Shown here one piece after another: positions 8,841 to 19,597 of a stretch of DNA of 64,000 nt (position 1 is its first letter; each line of letters starts with the position of its first letter). The stretch covers positions 8,496-72,495 of the forward strand of contig CAZCGO010000004.1 of assembly GCA_964498685.1 (NCBI GenBank). Reading direction: 5' to 3'. A model generated the notes under the pieces. It was not told where the DNA came from, ran no database searches, and saw only the letters and a program-made list of their open reading frames with translations. Source of the DNA: an uncultured Hyperthermus sp. GTDB lineage: Archaea; Thermoproteota; Thermoprotei_A; Sulfolobales; Pyrodictiaceae. Position numbers and translations under genes: made by a program.

Positions 8841-10835
8841 ATGACCAGCTTTGATGTTGCGAGCGTTGTGCAGGAGATGGGAGGGCTAACAGGGTCACGT
8901 GTCTCTAATATCTACGGTCTGCCTGGCGGCGGTTTTCTCTTCAAGCTACAGGGGGGTCGCAGGATAATAGCTGTCCCGGGTGAACGCGTCCACATTACGA
9001 GCTACGATATAGGCGAGAAGGGGTTCCCCCCGCCCCTCGTAATGGGGCTGCGTAAGCACCTGCGGGGCGCAAGGCTGAGAAAGGTTGAACAGCTAGGCTT
9101 TGACCGTATTGCCGTCATGGACTTCGAGAATAGTGGCTCCATGTTCCGCGTTGTTGTCGAGGTGCTTCCTCGCGGCGTTCTGGCGCTGCTCAGCCACGAA
9201 GGGGCGGTGCTGCAGGCCAGCGAGTTTAGGGAAATGCGTGACCGTGTTATTAGACGCGGCGCCGTCTATGAGCCGCCGCCGGGTAGGCTGAAAAGCCCCC
9301 TCGAGCTGAGCGAGGACGAGATCCGCGGCATTGTAGAGGGCTCCGAGGGCGAGGCCGTACGCGTGCTCGTACGGAGCCTGGGCTATCCCGGCGAGGTTGT
9401 CGAGGAGGCCCTGCTGAGGATAGGCCTTGACCCCTTAGCCTCGGTTAAGGAGGTGGCGGGCAGTACGGCCCAGCTGCTAGACCAGCTTCGCAGAATCTAC
9501 GAGGAGGCGTTGACTGGCCGGGGCAGCGTGCTTTACAGCGGAGAGGCCCCCCTGACTGTTGTCACCTTTGAGCCACGTGGGCTTGTCGAACGCTACGGCT
9601 ACACGGTGCGCAGGTTCTCCTCTGCCAGCGAGGCCTTCGACGCCTACTTCGTGGCCGGCCTGAGGCAGATAGAGGAGTACGAGCACGCGTCCAGGGTTAG
9701 CGCCGAGAAGGAGAGGCTTCTGCATAGCATAGAGCGTGCAAAGAAAAACCTCGAGGAGCTAAAAGAGAAGCTGGCCAGGATAGACCGCTACATAGAGCTC
9801 GTCGGAGAGAACATAGGCGCCCTCTATGAGGCCTACGAGTGTGCGCGCCGCGTCAAGGAGAGGAGCGGGTGGGAATACATAGCCGGCAACTGCCCCGGCG
9901 TGGTTGACGTACAGCCACGGGAGGGCAAGATAGTGGTCTCCATAGGCGGCACAATGGTCCCTATGAGTATACGTCTACCACCGGATAGGCTGCTCGTCGA
10001 GCTCTCCAGGAAGAGGGGCGAACTAGAGGCCAAGATATCCCGTGGGCGGAAGGCCCTAGAGGAGCTCGAGGCAAAGCTACGCGGCCTCGAGGAGAGCGCT
10101 CGGCGCCTAACGCTCCGCGGACGCGCACTCGTGAGGAAAAAGGAGTGGTACGAGAAGTACCACTGGCTAGTAACCAGCGACGGCTTCCTCGCAATAGGCG
10201 GGAGGGATGCGAGCCAGAATGAGAGCGTCGTCAAAAGATACTTGAACGACAAGAGGATATTTATGCATGCCGACGTGCACGGCGCGCCGATAGTAGTCGT
10301 GTTCGCCGAGGGGGCTACGCCTCCGGAGAGGGACATGCGGGAGGCCGCTCTCCTGACAGCAGCCTACTCGAAGGCGTGGAAAATGGGGCTAAGCAGTGTT
10401 GACGTCTACTGGGTCTGGGGCAGCCAGGTCTCCAAGTCGCCCCCTGCCGGCGAGTACCTGGCAAAAGGCGCATTCATGGTCTACGGCAGGCGTAACTACA
10501 TACGCGGCGTGGAGCTACGCATAGCTATCGGTGCAGGGATCGAGGAAGAATACCCGGTCGTAATAGTCGGGCCGGAGGACCTGGTGCGCCGACGCTCCGC
10601 ATCTTATGTAGTCCTTGTTCCTGGCGACGAGGACCCCTCCCGTCTAGCTAAGAGGCTACGGCGGCTGCTCGCGTCGAAAGCCGGGACCGAGCACCGGCCC
10701 ATTATAGAGTCCCTGAGGGTAGAGGACATACTTCCCCGCATACCCGGCAAGTCCAGGGTGATACATGTTGGGAGAGGGGACGCGGCGGAGCCACCTAGAC
10801 CCCTTAAGCGTCTACATGGAGAGAAGGCTGGCTAG
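8841..10835 (+). CDS. NFACT-family protein (Rqc2/RqcH/FbpA homologue, ribosome quality control)
   Basis: N-terminal NFACT-N (MTSFDVASVVQEM...), central coiled coil, and a DUF814/NFACT-R motif YHWLVTSDGFLAIGGRDASQNESVVKRYL...IFMHADVHGAPIVVV. The longest ORF starts at TTG 8817; ATG 8841 is preferred. Confidence 0.85.
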   Translation: MTSFDVASVVQEMGGLTGSRVSNIYGLPGGGFLFKLQGGRRIIAVPGERVHITSYDIGEKGFPPPLVMGLRKHLRGARLRKVEQLGFDRIAVMDFENSGSMFRVVVEVLPRGVLALLSHEGAVLQASEFREMRDRVIRRGAVYEPPPGRLKSPLELSEDEIRGIVEGSEGEAVRVLVRSLGYPGEVVEEALLRIGLDPLASVKEVAGSTAQLLDQLRRIYEEALTGRGSVLYSGEAPLTVVTFEPRGLVERYGYTVRRFSSASEAFDAYFVAGLRQIEEYEHASRVSAEKERLLHSIERAKKNLEELKEKLARIDRYIELVGENIGALYEAYECARRVKERSGWEYIAGNCPGVVDVQPREGKIVVSIGGTMVPMSIRLPPDRLLVELSRKRGELEAKISRGRKALEELEAKLRGLEESARRLTLRGRALVRKKEWYEKYHWLVTSDGFLAIGGRDASQNESVVKRYLNDKRIFMHADVHGAPIVVVFAEGATPPERDMREAALLTAAYSKAWKMGLSSVDVYWVWGSQVSKSPPAGEYLAKGAFMVYGRRNYIRGVELRIAIGAGIEEEYPVVIVGPEDLVRRRSASYVVLVPGDEDPSRLAKRLRRLLASKAGTEHRPIIESLRVEDILPRIPGKSRVIHVGRGDAAEPPRPLKRLHGEKAG

Positions 10836-11082
10836 GCTGAAGCTCTCCCTCCTACGCGTGGCGGCCTCCATGGCGGTCGGCGTCCTCGCCGGCTACTATG
10901 GGGGCGCCGTGTGCGCCGCAGCCCCTGCCGCTATGGCCGCGTTATACCTCTTGACTGGCATGTATGCCTCTAGGAGGCTCCGCGTGCTAAGGGGCCGCGA
11001 GGCGTGGTGGGTGGGGCTAGTCTCCGCGCTGGCCGGCTTCGTGGTCGGCCTATACCTGGGTACAGCCATTACTGCCGGCTAG
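10816..11082 (+). CDS. small membrane protein (2-3 TM helices), function unknown
   Basis: MERRLARLKLSLLRVAASMAVGVLAGYYGG... with hydrophobic helices. ATG 10816 overlaps the NFACT stop by 20 nt. Confidence 0.45.
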   Translation: MERRLARLKLSLLRVAASMAVGVLAGYYGGAVCAAAPAAMAALYLLTGMYASRRLRVLRGREAWWVGLVSALAGFVVGLYLGTAITAG

Positions 11083-11749
11083 CCAGGTACTCCTCGTAGC
11101 CGAGGCCTCCCCGGAGGAGCCGCACAACCTTCTCGTAGATAAGGGGCTTGCCGTTGACCACTGGGTAGGCGAAGGGCAGCACGACTTCTCTAACCAGGCC
11201 GTCACCCATCTCTATCTCTATCGAGGGGTTCTCGACAAGCTCTATGTCCTCCAGCCGCGTGCCCTGAGCCACAAGGTGCGCAACATAGACGGCGCCGTCT
11301 ATGCTCAACTGGCGGGGGCCCAGGTTGCGCGCCCTCATACCCATCCTCGCGGCTTTTTCCGTTAAGAGGCTCCACGTCCTCCCGCGGGGAGGATGGTCGC
11401 CTAATATGCCTCCAACGACTATGGCCTCGGCCTCGGCTGCCTCGTGGGGCTCTAGCCGCTGGGCGGCGCGCGGGTCAAGTACTATGACCTTCTCGGGTCT
11501 CTGGTAGAGCCTGCCCGCGAGCTCGAGTATGCTCTCCCGGAAACATGCCCCTTCTCCCACTATGCGCGACAGTTGGCCGCAGAACCTGCCCGCGTTGGTA
11601 ATGACCAACTTTGTGCCAACTAGTTTCCTTGCGTGCTCGTACTCGGCGCTTATCCACCTAGAGGCGTGGTCCTCAAGGTGCTCTACCACTATTAGCGGGC
11701 CGCCCCTGGCCGCGCCAGAGCTGTTTACGTAGAGCCTCGAGGGGCTCAT
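11069..11749 (-). CDS. predicted SAM-dependent RNA methyltransferase (DUF431/Bmt5-like)
   Basis: 226 aa. LIVVEHLEDHASRWISAEYEHA at the N-terminus and GGILGDHPPRGRT resemble the DUF431 family as I recall it. Start uncertain, since it overlaps the upstream gene by 77 nt. Confidence 0.5.
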   Translation of the reverse strand: MSPSRLYVNSSGAARGGPLIVVEHLEDHASRWISAEYEHARKLVGTKLVITNAGRFCGQLSRIVGEGACFRESILELAGRLYQRPEKVIVLDPRAAQRLEPHEAAEAEAIVVGGILGDHPPRGRTWSLLTEKAARMGMRARNLGPRQLSIDGAVYVAHLVAQGTRLEDIELVENPSIEIEMGDGLVREVVLPFAYPVVNGKPLIYEKVVRLLRGGLGYEEYLASRQ

Positions 11750-12590
11750 AGCTTACACCCATATACTCTGCAGCCGATACAACCCTTGCCACGCCGGCCT
11801 CGTTAACGCTGCGCAGGTAGTCCGGATAGGCTAGGTCGCGCGCGAAATGGTGATCCGCAATAATAGTTCCCTGCAGCCTTGAGGCCAGCAAGGCCAAGCC
11901 ATTAAGCCCTTTTTCGACATCTTCGCGCGGCACCTTGTAGCCCGCGAAATAGGTCGGCGGGCCGCTAATATACACGACATCCGGCCTAAGTGCTAGTATC
12001 CAGTCAATCGTCTTCTCGCACATTGGGCCCTGGACGTCGGACGCGTGGAGGAATGTTTCGCCGCAACACGACACCGCGGCCATGACCACGTAGCCCAGCT
12101 TGGAGCCAGGCGCCCCATGCGGTACAGGGGGCGATACCCGTACCTGGACGCCGTTGTCAACAGTCAGTGTTCTGGCATCCGCATAGATGACCTGCTTGGC
12201 TAGGTCGGCGACACGGTTCTTCTTCAGGAACCTGTGTGCCCTTATCTTCTGGCTTAGGTTGATGTCCCGCAGGGGGTGCTTAACTATGAGCACCTTGCCT
12301 CTAAACAGGTCCGCGTACTCTGGTTCACGCAAATAGTGATCATAGTGGTAATGGGTTATAATGACGTAGTCTGCATCCCTGAGCTCGTCGACTATTCTTT
12401 CCCGTATCTCGTCTAGGCGTTGTAGCTCTAAAGGATGCGGGGGCAGCCCATACCTTCTCGGCGCATAGCTTACCCCCGGGTCTATGAAGACCTTGACGCC
12501 GTCGGCCTCGACTATAGTCGCCATGCTGCGCGACCCGAAACTATCAGCGCCTATAATGCGGACACGCAGCCCCAAGGGAGGTGGCACCAC
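11673..12590 (-). CDS. metallo-beta-lactamase fold hydrolase (UPF0282-like)
   Basis: 305 aa. HxHxDH-type motif ITHYHYDHY, with later His/Asp ligands (HASDVQGP). Confidence 0.75.
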   Translation of the reverse strand: MVPPPLGLRVRIIGADSFGSRSMATIVEADGVKVFIDPGVSYAPRRYGLPPHPLELQRLDEIRERIVDELRDADYVIITHYHYDHYLREPEYADLFRGKVLIVKHPLRDINLSQKIRAHRFLKKNRVADLAKQVIYADARTLTVDNGVQVRVSPPVPHGAPGSKLGYVVMAAVSCCGETFLHASDVQGPMCEKTIDWILALRPDVVYISGPPTYFAGYKVPREDVEKGLNGLALLASRLQGTIIADHHFARDLAYPDYLRSVNEAGVARVVSAAEYMGVSYEPLEALRKQLWRGQGRPANSGRAP

Positions 12591-12669
12591 CGTGCCTCCC
12601 GGTGGCCGTGGCTAGCAGCGTAGCGTGAGGTGCAGCGTCCGCCCGGCGGAGAGGGTGGCCTCAACCACT

Positions 12670-13092
12670 TCAGCCCTCTGCAGGTTCCGCAGTGTAGCCC
12701 TTGAATAGCCACCGGTAGCGCCTAAAAAGGGAGCAGTCGACCAGCACGTCCTCGCCCTCGACCACCACCCTGAGCCCCTGTAACGGGCTACTAGGCGGCC
12801 GCGGATAGCCCCTCAGTTCCGGGGGCTTCTCTGTGCCGATGTACCTCCAGCGGAGGCGTTTACGCCCCTGGCTGCTCGTATAGCCCAGTCTCCACCAGTA
12901 GCGCCCAATGTAGAGGTAGCGGCGCCGCGTGCCGTCCGGAAGCCTCCTCGTGACGATATGGACGGGTTTGAGATAAAACCCGGTTCCGGATATAATACTG
13001 TTATAGCGGTAGATCTCCCGCTTATACGCCTCTAGCGCCTCCATGACGGCCTTGTAGCCTCCTCTTATGCGGACCATGCAGCGCCTCGGCAT
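12670..13092 (-). CDS. hypothetical protein, R/Y/W-rich
   Basis: 140 aa, co-directional with metG and the MBL gene. Has an internal repeat-like RRYLYIGRYWW / RLRWRYIGTEKP. No family recognised. Confidence 0.5.
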   Translation of the reverse strand: MPRRCMVRIRGGYKAVMEALEAYKREIYRYNSIISGTGFYLKPVHIVTRRLPDGTRRRYLYIGRYWWRLGYTSSQGRKRLRWRYIGTEKPPELRGYPRPPSSPLQGLRVVVEGEDVLVDCSLFRRYRWLFKGYTAEPAEG

Positions 13093-13149
13093 AAGGCACC
13101 CTTCTTCCAGGACCCTTCGCGTCCACCGGTTGGGGGAAGAGAGGCGGGA

Positions 13150-14871
13150 TTATTGCCAGCGGAGCAGTGGCGGCCTCTTCTCCATGACTCTTCTCCTGGC
13201 CTCGGCTATCATGGCCTCCGCCTTCTCTGCGAAGTCTGGGGGAAGCTTGCTGAACAGCGGCTCCGGCCTCGATATACGGTGGCCCGGCTTTAGTAGCGGC
13301 TTCTTTGCCTCCAGCCAGACACCGGCTCTATGCACGGTGCCCTCGAGGCCTAGCATGCGCCAAAGCCGGTCCGCGGCGGCGGGCACGAAGGGTGCTAGCA
13401 GCACTGCTAGTGTTGCGACAGAGTTGACCGCGTTGTACATTATGGTTGCAGCCTCGGCTGGCGCCATTTTAGCCTTCTCCCATGGTGCCCGGGCGTTTAG
13501 GTACTGGTTCCCGCGCCTGGCTAGCTCGATGACCTCTTCTAGGGCCTGTTTTAGGCGGAAGCTCTCTAGGTGCTTGGCTACACGGTCGGGGGCGGTGGTG
13601 TAGTATTCCATGAATTCTTCGTCTTCTCTGGTGGCGGGGCCGGGCTCTGGCACCGTGGCGTTGAACCGCGAGTAGAGGAACTTGAGCACCCGGTGGACAT
13701 AGTTGCCTATATCGTCGTTCATGTCGCTATTTACTATACGGTAGAACTCCTCCCATGTGAAATTCGTGTCCTTGGTCTCCGGCCTCATCTTTATGAGAGC
13801 GAACCTCCAATAGTCCGCTGGCAGCAGCTCAAGCGCCTCGTCTATCCATATCCCGTGGCGCCTGCTCTTAGAGAACTGCTCCCCCTCGTACATTAGGTAC
13901 TCGGTCGCAGAGATATACCATGGCAGCGTGTATGGCTCACCGCTGGCCATCAGCATGGCTGGAAATATGATTGCGTGGAAAGGTATGTTATCCTTCCCTA
14001 TGAAGTAGACGGTCTTCGTCTCCTGGTCAAACCAGTAGGTCTTCCAGCGGTCAGGCTCGCCTAGTTTCTCGAAATACTCTATCGTTGCCGAGATGTAGCC
14101 AAGGAGTGCCTCGAACCACACATAGATTGTTTTGCCTTCTGCGCCGGGGAAGGGAGCCGGTATCCCCCACTTGTTGTCCCTGGTCACGCTCCTAGGCTTT
14201 AGCCCCTCGGCAACCCAGTTGAGGCTATAGTTCTTTACATTCGCTGGCAGGCTGGAGTTTTTCAGCCATGCGAGTATGCGGCCCTGGAGCTTTGGCAGGT
14301 CGAAGAACCAGTGCCTTGTCTTGCGGAACTCTACGGGGCCGCCGCAGATAGCGCACCTCGGGTTTATTAATTCAGTCGGGTGGAGGAGCCTTCCACAGTT
14401 GTCACACTGGTCGCCATGAGCCTTCGGGTACCCGCAGTAGGGGCATGTGCCCACAACGAAACGGTCGGGTAGGAACATCTTGTCCCTAGGACAGTAAGGC
14501 AGCGTATCGTACTGGTCAAATATGTAGCCGTTCTCATAGAGCCTCATGAAGAAGCCTTGTACAAACCTCTTATGGGTCTCGCTCTCCGTCCTCGTGTAGT
14601 TATCGAAGCTTATCATGTACTCCTGGAAAAGTTTTGAAACATACTCGTGGGCCTGGTCCGTGAGCTCCTTCGGGTGCACGCCGCGCTTTATAGCCTCTAT
14701 CTCTATCGGCGTGCCGTGCTCATCGCTCCCGCTTACAAACACGACGTCTTCTCCGCGAAGCCTCAGGTAGCGTGCAAACACGTCAGCGGAGAGTATGGAG
14801 CCTATTAGGTTGCCCAGATGCGGCACGTTATTCACATACGGCCATGCAGAGGCCACTACCCACTTAGCCAC
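13150..14871 (-). CDS. metG: methionine--tRNA ligase
   Basis: HIGH-type motif PHLGNL, KMSKS-type QFSKSRRHG, zinc knuckles [18 protein letters not shown] and CAICGGP. Confidence 0.95.
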   Translation of the reverse strand: MAKWVVASAWPYVNNVPHLGNLIGSILSADVFARYLRLRGEDVVFVSGSDEHGTPIEIEAIKRGVHPKELTDQAHEYVSKLFQEYMISFDNYTRTESETHKRFVQGFFMRLYENGYIFDQYDTLPYCPRDKMFLPDRFVVGTCPYCGYPKAHGDQCDNCGRLLHPTELINPRCAICGGPVEFRKTRHWFFDLPKLQGRILAWLKNSSLPANVKNYSLNWVAEGLKPRSVTRDNKWGIPAPFPGAEGKTIYVWFEALLGYISATIEYFEKLGEPDRWKTYWFDQETKTVYFIGKDNIPFHAIIFPAMLMASGEPYTLPWYISATEYLMYEGEQFSKSRRHGIWIDEALELLPADYWRFALIKMRPETKDTNFTWEEFYRIVNSDMNDDIGNYVHRVLKFLYSRFNATVPEPGPATREDEEFMEYYTTAPDRVAKHLESFRLKQALEEVIELARRGNQYLNARAPWEKAKMAPAEAATIMYNAVNSVATLAVLLAPFVPAAADRLWRMLGLEGTVHRAGVWLEAKKPLLKPGHRISRPEPLFSKLPPDFAEKAEAMIAEARRRVMEKRPPLLRWQ

Positions 14872-15052
14872 CCTGAGGCACCTCCGCTTGAGTCAACCCT
14901 CCGAGTCAGCGTGCAGCGCTACCCCCGGGGCTCCTAGCTAGGCGCCGGCTCGGCTCTAGAATATAGCGGGCCCAGGGCGGTACCCGCTCAGGATTAAGTA
15001 CCTCGTCCTCGGGCCCTCGTACAACCAGCCAGAGACGGTGGAGGTGTAGACG

Positions 15053-15970
15053 ATGGTAACCCACCTAGCAATAGGCCATATAAATATAGACATGTATATG
15101 GTTATCGAGAGGCTGCCCGGGCCGGATGAGAACGTGGTCGCCAGCGAGACCTATATCGGTCCTGGCGGCGCTGCAGCCAACTACGCCGTTGCAGCCTCCC
15201 GTCTCGGCTCGACAGCCTACCTGGCAGCCCACACGGGGAGGCTGGCGAGAGAGCTGGGAATACTGTCACAGCTAGAACGCAGCGGGGTCCGCCTCGACTA
15301 CGTGAGGATACATGAAGACCACCCTCCCGGGCTCGTCGTGGTGCTCGTAACCAGGACCGGCGAGAGGTCGATGATAACAATGCGTGGCGCGAACGAGATG
15401 CTCCGGGGCGACGAGGCAAGCGGCTCCTATGACGCGGTTCACGTCGCCAGCCGCGGCCCCGAGACGCTGCTAAACGCCTGCCGTAGCGTCAGTGCAGCCT
15501 TCGCCAGCTACGATCCTGGCGCCTCCAATACGTCCAGGAGGCCGCGTGAGGTAGTAGCTGCGGCAAGGCAGTGCGCCAAGCTGCTCATACTAAACCGTGC
15601 CGAGTTCCGCCACATTATGGGAGACGCTGAGATCGAGGAGGCAAGAAGGCTACTGGGCGACAGCCTATCAATGGTGCTGGTGAAGAGAGGCCCAGAGGGA
15701 GCCGCGCTCGTGACACGAGACGCACTGTACAGTGTCGAGGCATACCGCCCCGGCCGTGTACTAGACACGACAGGAGCTGGCGACGTCTTCGCGGCGACGT
15801 TCAACACGTACTACTTAGAGACGGGCGACATCGCTAGGGCCTTGCAGGCGGCCTCTATAGCTGCAGGCCTCAAGGTCTCTAGGAGGGGCGCGCAGAGTGC
15901 ACCTAGCAGAAAGGAGGTCGAGGAGAGGCTCCAGACGACACCCCCCAGGGTCACGGTCCGCCGCCTATAG
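15053..15970 (+). CDS. PfkB-family carbohydrate kinase (ribokinase-like)
   Basis: 305 aa. N-terminal GGAAANYA and C-terminal DTTGAGDVFAATF signatures. Confidence 0.8.
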   Translation: MVTHLAIGHINIDMYMVIERLPGPDENVVASETYIGPGGAAANYAVAASRLGSTAYLAAHTGRLARELGILSQLERSGVRLDYVRIHEDHPPGLVVVLVTRTGERSMITMRGANEMLRGDEASGSYDAVHVASRGPETLLNACRSVSAAFASYDPGASNTSRRPREVVAAARQCAKLLILNRAEFRHIMGDAEIEEARRLLGDSLSMVLVKRGPEGAALVTRDALYSVEAYRPGRVLDTTGAGDVFAATFNTYYLETGDIARALQAASIAAGLKVSRRGAQSAPSRKEVEERLQTTPPRVTVRRL

Positions 15971-16385
15971 CTGGCGTCGCGGAGAGCTTAGGCTCAACTG
16001 CCGCATCGGGGACCGCTACTGCGCGAAATGCTGCTACGATACCAGTATGCCGCTAAGCCGTGCGGATATAGCGCGGCTCATGAGGCTCGGCTACCGTCTC
16101 GAGGAGTTTGCAGAGCTTGGACCCGACGGCGTGTATTATCTGCGCAACGTTGACGGCCACTGTGTCTTCCTCGACACCGCTACTGGCAGGTGCAGGGTAT
16201 ACCCCTGGCGGCCGGAGGGGTGCCGCCTCTACCCCCTGGTCTACGATCCGGAGTCCGGCGAGGTTACTGTGGACCCCGAGTGTCCGCTGGCGGGCCTCGT
16301 GCCCGCTAGCGTCGTCAGGCGGCTTGCGCCCCGCCTAAAGAGGCTTATACGGGAAATATATGGGGCAAATACGGGTACCCCTTAG
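15897..16385 (+). CDS. YkgJ/UPF0153-type cysteine-cluster protein
   Basis: CAKCCYD plus GHCVFLDTATGRCRVYPWRPEGCRLYP. The GTG start overlaps the kinase gene by 74 nt, and I saw no alternative in-frame start. Confidence 0.6.
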   Translation: MHLAERRSRRGSRRHPPGSRSAAYSWRRGELRLNCRIGDRYCAKCCYDTSMPLSRADIARLMRLGYRLEEFAELGPDGVYYLRNVDGHCVFLDTATGRCRVYPWRPEGCRLYPLVYDPESGEVTVDPECPLAGLVPASVVRRLAPRLKRLIREIYGANTGTP

Positions 16386-17929
16386 CGTAGGAGGCCTGCC
16401 TGCCGTAGACGGTACACGCGGTAGCTGGGGGTCACGGTCTTTGGGTGGTTAGCGTAGACGTCGTCCACCCGCCTAACGGCAGTGTTCCTAGGCGCGTCCT
16501 TCAGCGCGGCGGGGTTGTGGTACGCTTCTTCGAGTATCTCGCGGAGGGCAGCAGCATAGTTCTCGATCACGCTTGCGGGCTCGCTCTCAGTGAACTCCAC
16601 CATAAGCGCCTCCTCGACTATCAGGGGGAAGTAGATTGTTGGCGCATGCAGGCCGCGGTCAAGCAGTGCTTTAGCCACGTCAGCGGCGCTTACGCCCGTC
16701 TCGCGCTGGAGGGGCTTAACCGATACCACTACCTCGTGTTTCCTAGGCCTCTCGGGGCTATAGGGTATCTCGAGGCCCTTAGCGCCTCTAACAAGCCTTA
16801 TGAAGTAATTCGTGTTCACCACGCTCTGTATTGCTGACTCGCGGAGCCCCTCGCCGCCGAGCGCTGCGATATAGAAGAAGCCCTTCAACAGCGGCACTAT
16901 GTTCCCGTAGAACGCCCGGACACGGCCTATGCACTTATCGCAGTCGTAGCTCCAGTAGTACTTGTCGCCCCTTCTCTCGATAAGCGGGCGTGGGAGGTAG
17001 TCAACTAGGCTGCCTTTTGCGCATACGACGCCTGCGCCAGGCCCTCCTCCCCCATGGGGTGCCGCAAAGGTTTTATGTATGTTCAGATGTACGACGTCGA
17101 ACCCCATGTCTCCCGGCCTTATAAGCCCCATTATGCCGTTAAGGTTTGCGCCGTCGTAGTAGAGTAAGCCCCCTGCATTGTGCACTTTCTCCGCTATCTC
17201 TACTATACGGTCCTCAAACAAGCCAAGCGTGTTAGGATTGGTCAGCATTATACCCGCCGTTCTCTCGCCCAATGCCTCCTCGAGAGCGTCCATGTCAACC
17301 GTGCCCTCTGGGCCCGTAGGCAGCTTGACCACGCGGAACCCCGCCATCGCGGCGCTTGCCGGGTTGGTACCGTGGGCAGAGTCGGGTACCAACATCTCGT
17401 CGCGGCTTGCCTCTCCCCTGTCAACATGGTACTTGCGTATCATAAGCGCGCCTGCGAGTTCTCCCGCCGCACCGGCAGGGGGCTGGAGGCTACACCTATC
17501 CATACCGGTCAGCTCTGCTAGCCATCTTTCTAGCAGCCAGAGGGCCCTCATGAGTCCCTGCACAGTGTCCTCGTCCTGGTAGGGGTGGAGCAGGTGGACA
17601 CTCATCGCTGAGACAAGCTCCTCGCCTATACGCGGATTATACTTCATGGTGCAGGAGCCTAGCGGCACGGGCCCCGTGTCGACGCCGTAGCTCATCTGCG
17701 TGAGCCGTGTGTAGTGTCGAACAGCCTGGTTCTCCGCTAGTCCTGGCAGCGGCGGCGCCTCGCCGCGAGCTAGCTCGCCCAGCGCCTTCTCAGGCGAGCC
17801 AAGCTCAGCCTCGAGCAGCGCGTCGTCCTCGGAGTAGGGCGTTATGAAGCCAGTGTAGCCCGGGTCGCCGATCTCGTAGACAAGCGGTTCCCTCCAAACG
17901 GCTTGCCTCCAGGGTCTCCCAGCCAACAC
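16382..17929 (-). CDS. gcvPB: glycine dehydrogenase (decarboxylating) subunit 2
   Basis: 515 aa. PLGSCTMKYNP, HLNIHKTFAAPHGGGGPGAG (PLP-lysine region). Confidence 0.95.
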   Translation of the reverse strand: MLAGRPWRQAVWREPLVYEIGDPGYTGFITPYSEDDALLEAELGSPEKALGELARGEAPPLPGLAENQAVRHYTRLTQMSYGVDTGPVPLGSCTMKYNPRIGEELVSAMSVHLLHPYQDEDTVQGLMRALWLLERWLAELTGMDRCSLQPPAGAAGELAGALMIRKYHVDRGEASRDEMLVPDSAHGTNPASAAMAGFRVVKLPTGPEGTVDMDALEEALGERTAGIMLTNPNTLGLFEDRIVEIAEKVHNAGGLLYYDGANLNGIMGLIRPGDMGFDVVHLNIHKTFAAPHGGGGPGAGVVCAKGSLVDYLPRPLIERRGDKYYWSYDCDKCIGRVRAFYGNIVPLLKGFFYIAALGGEGLRESAIQSVVNTNYFIRLVRGAKGLEIPYSPERPRKHEVVVSVKPLQRETGVSAADVAKALLDRGLHAPTIYFPLIVEEALMVEFTESEPASVIENYAAALREILEEAYHNPAALKDAPRNTAVRRVDDVYANHPKTVTPSYRVYRLRQAGLLR

Positions 17930-17941
17930 GGGCCACCTAGC

Positions 17942-19315
17942 TTAACCCATTATCTCAACTAGGGTATTGATTAGCGTATCTATATCCTTCTTGGAGTGGA
18001 CCTCGGTCGCGCAGAAGATTGCCTCCCTACCGCTGCCGGCGCCGTACCGGGATACATCTAGCCCGCCCAGGATTCCTCTGCGCAACAGCTCACGGTGTAT
18101 AGGCGCATAGGGCTTCTGGAACCGCGCCAGAAACTCCTTGAAGAACTCGGAGCTGTACACCGGCGCCTCCACGCCTACCTCGCGTAGACGCTTTGCAAGA
18201 TAATGGCTGCGGAGCCAGATGCTCCTGGCAAGCCTCCTTAACCCCTCGCCCCCCAGCAGGGTAAGGTAGATGGCGGCACGAATAGCCATCAGGGACTCGT
18301 TTGTCGTGATATTAGATGTAGCCTTCTCTCTCCTTATGTGCTGCTCCCTAGCTTGGAGTATCATCGTGAACGCTCTTTCGCCCTCGGCGTCTCTCGTAAG
18401 GCCTATTATCCTTCCCGGCACTTGTCGGAGCAGTTTACGGTCCCACCTAACAGCCATTATGCCGAGGCCCGGGCCTCCATAGTTCATTCCTAGTCCCAGT
18501 GGCTGGCCCTCGGCCACGGCTATGTCTACACCTAGCCGGCCCGGCGGCTTGACGATGCCCAGGCTTAGCGGCTCAAAGACCTGTACCAGCAGGCCGCCGT
18601 GGTGGTGCACCTGGTCTGCTAGGAACCCTATGTCGCGCTCGAAGGCTCCATAGAAGTTGGGCGATGCCACGATGACGGCGGCCGTGTTTGAATCTATGTG
18701 TTCGTCGAGGCTCTCCGTGTCTACCTGGTATGTGTCTTCGCGTCGAGGGATGAAGCGGATCTCAACGCCTTTGCCGTAGAGCCACGTTTTGATAACATCA
18801 ATGTACTCCGGGTGTAGGGTGGAAGATAGCACTATCTTCTTTCTCCTTGTCACACGGAGCGCCATGAGGGCTGCTTCTGCGGCCGCAGTGCTGCCGTCAT
18901 AGAGTGACGCGTTGACTATCTCGAGTTCCGTGAGGTCAGCTATTAGGCTCTGGTACTCGAAGAGGGCCTGGAGGAGGCCCTGGTTTATCTCCGGCTGGTA
19001 GGGCGTGTAGGCTGTCAGGAACTCGCCGCGGGACACGATATAGTCGACTATAGATGGCACCCAGTGGGGGCACCACCCCCCTCCGGTGAAAGGAGGAGGC
19101 CCTGTGAACACGGTATTCGAGGACGAGATTTCACGCGAGAGGCGGCGAAGCTCCTCCTCGGAGAGCATCCTCCCAAAGCCTACACTCGGCGCCCTGTCGA
19201 GCAAAAGCTCCCTAGGCACATCGCTGTAGAGTTCGTAGACGCTGGAAACACCTATGGCTTCTAGCTGGCGCGCTCGGTCCCTGATGCCGGGAACCCAGTG
19301 GACTGGCTTATCCAA
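17942..19315 (-). CDS. gcvPA: glycine dehydrogenase (decarboxylating) subunit 1
   Basis: 457 aa. AYTPYQPEINQGLLQALFEYQ is typical of the P-protein alpha subunit. Lies directly upstream of gcvPB. Confidence 0.95.
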   Translation of the reverse strand: MDKPVHWVPGIRDRARQLEAIGVSSVYELYSDVPRELLLDRAPSVGFGRMLSEEELRRLSREISSSNTVFTGPPPFTGGGWCPHWVPSIVDYIVSRGEFLTAYTPYQPEINQGLLQALFEYQSLIADLTELEIVNASLYDGSTAAAEAALMALRVTRRKKIVLSSTLHPEYIDVIKTWLYGKGVEIRFIPRREDTYQVDTESLDEHIDSNTAAVIVASPNFYGAFERDIGFLADQVHHHGGLLVQVFEPLSLGIVKPPGRLGVDIAVAEGQPLGLGMNYGGPGLGIMAVRWDRKLLRQVPGRIIGLTRDAEGERAFTMILQAREQHIRREKATSNITTNESLMAIRAAIYLTLLGGEGLRRLARSIWLRSHYLAKRLREVGVEAPVYSSEFFKEFLARFQKPYAPIHRELLRRGILGGLDVSRYGAGSGREAIFCATEVHSKKDIDTLINTLVEIMG

Positions 19316-19597
19316 TACACGGCACCCGGAGGGCCTATACTGCGGGCCAATGAGCCAAAACGCTTGCCTCCCTGGCCAAGGGAGGGTGAGCCGGGAGGGC
19401 TCAGCTACCCCAGGGGATTTAGCATCACGTGTCAGCAGGCATGACTATCTTCATGGCCCCCGCGAGGAGCTGCCAGACACGTACGGGGTTAAAGACGCCG
19501 CCTCCCCCGGCGCAGCACCCACTCTGCCGCATGAACCAGAGGGGTCTGCCCAGCACGGCGTAGAGAAGGAGCCGAGAGGCGGGGAAGGCCCGCAGGT

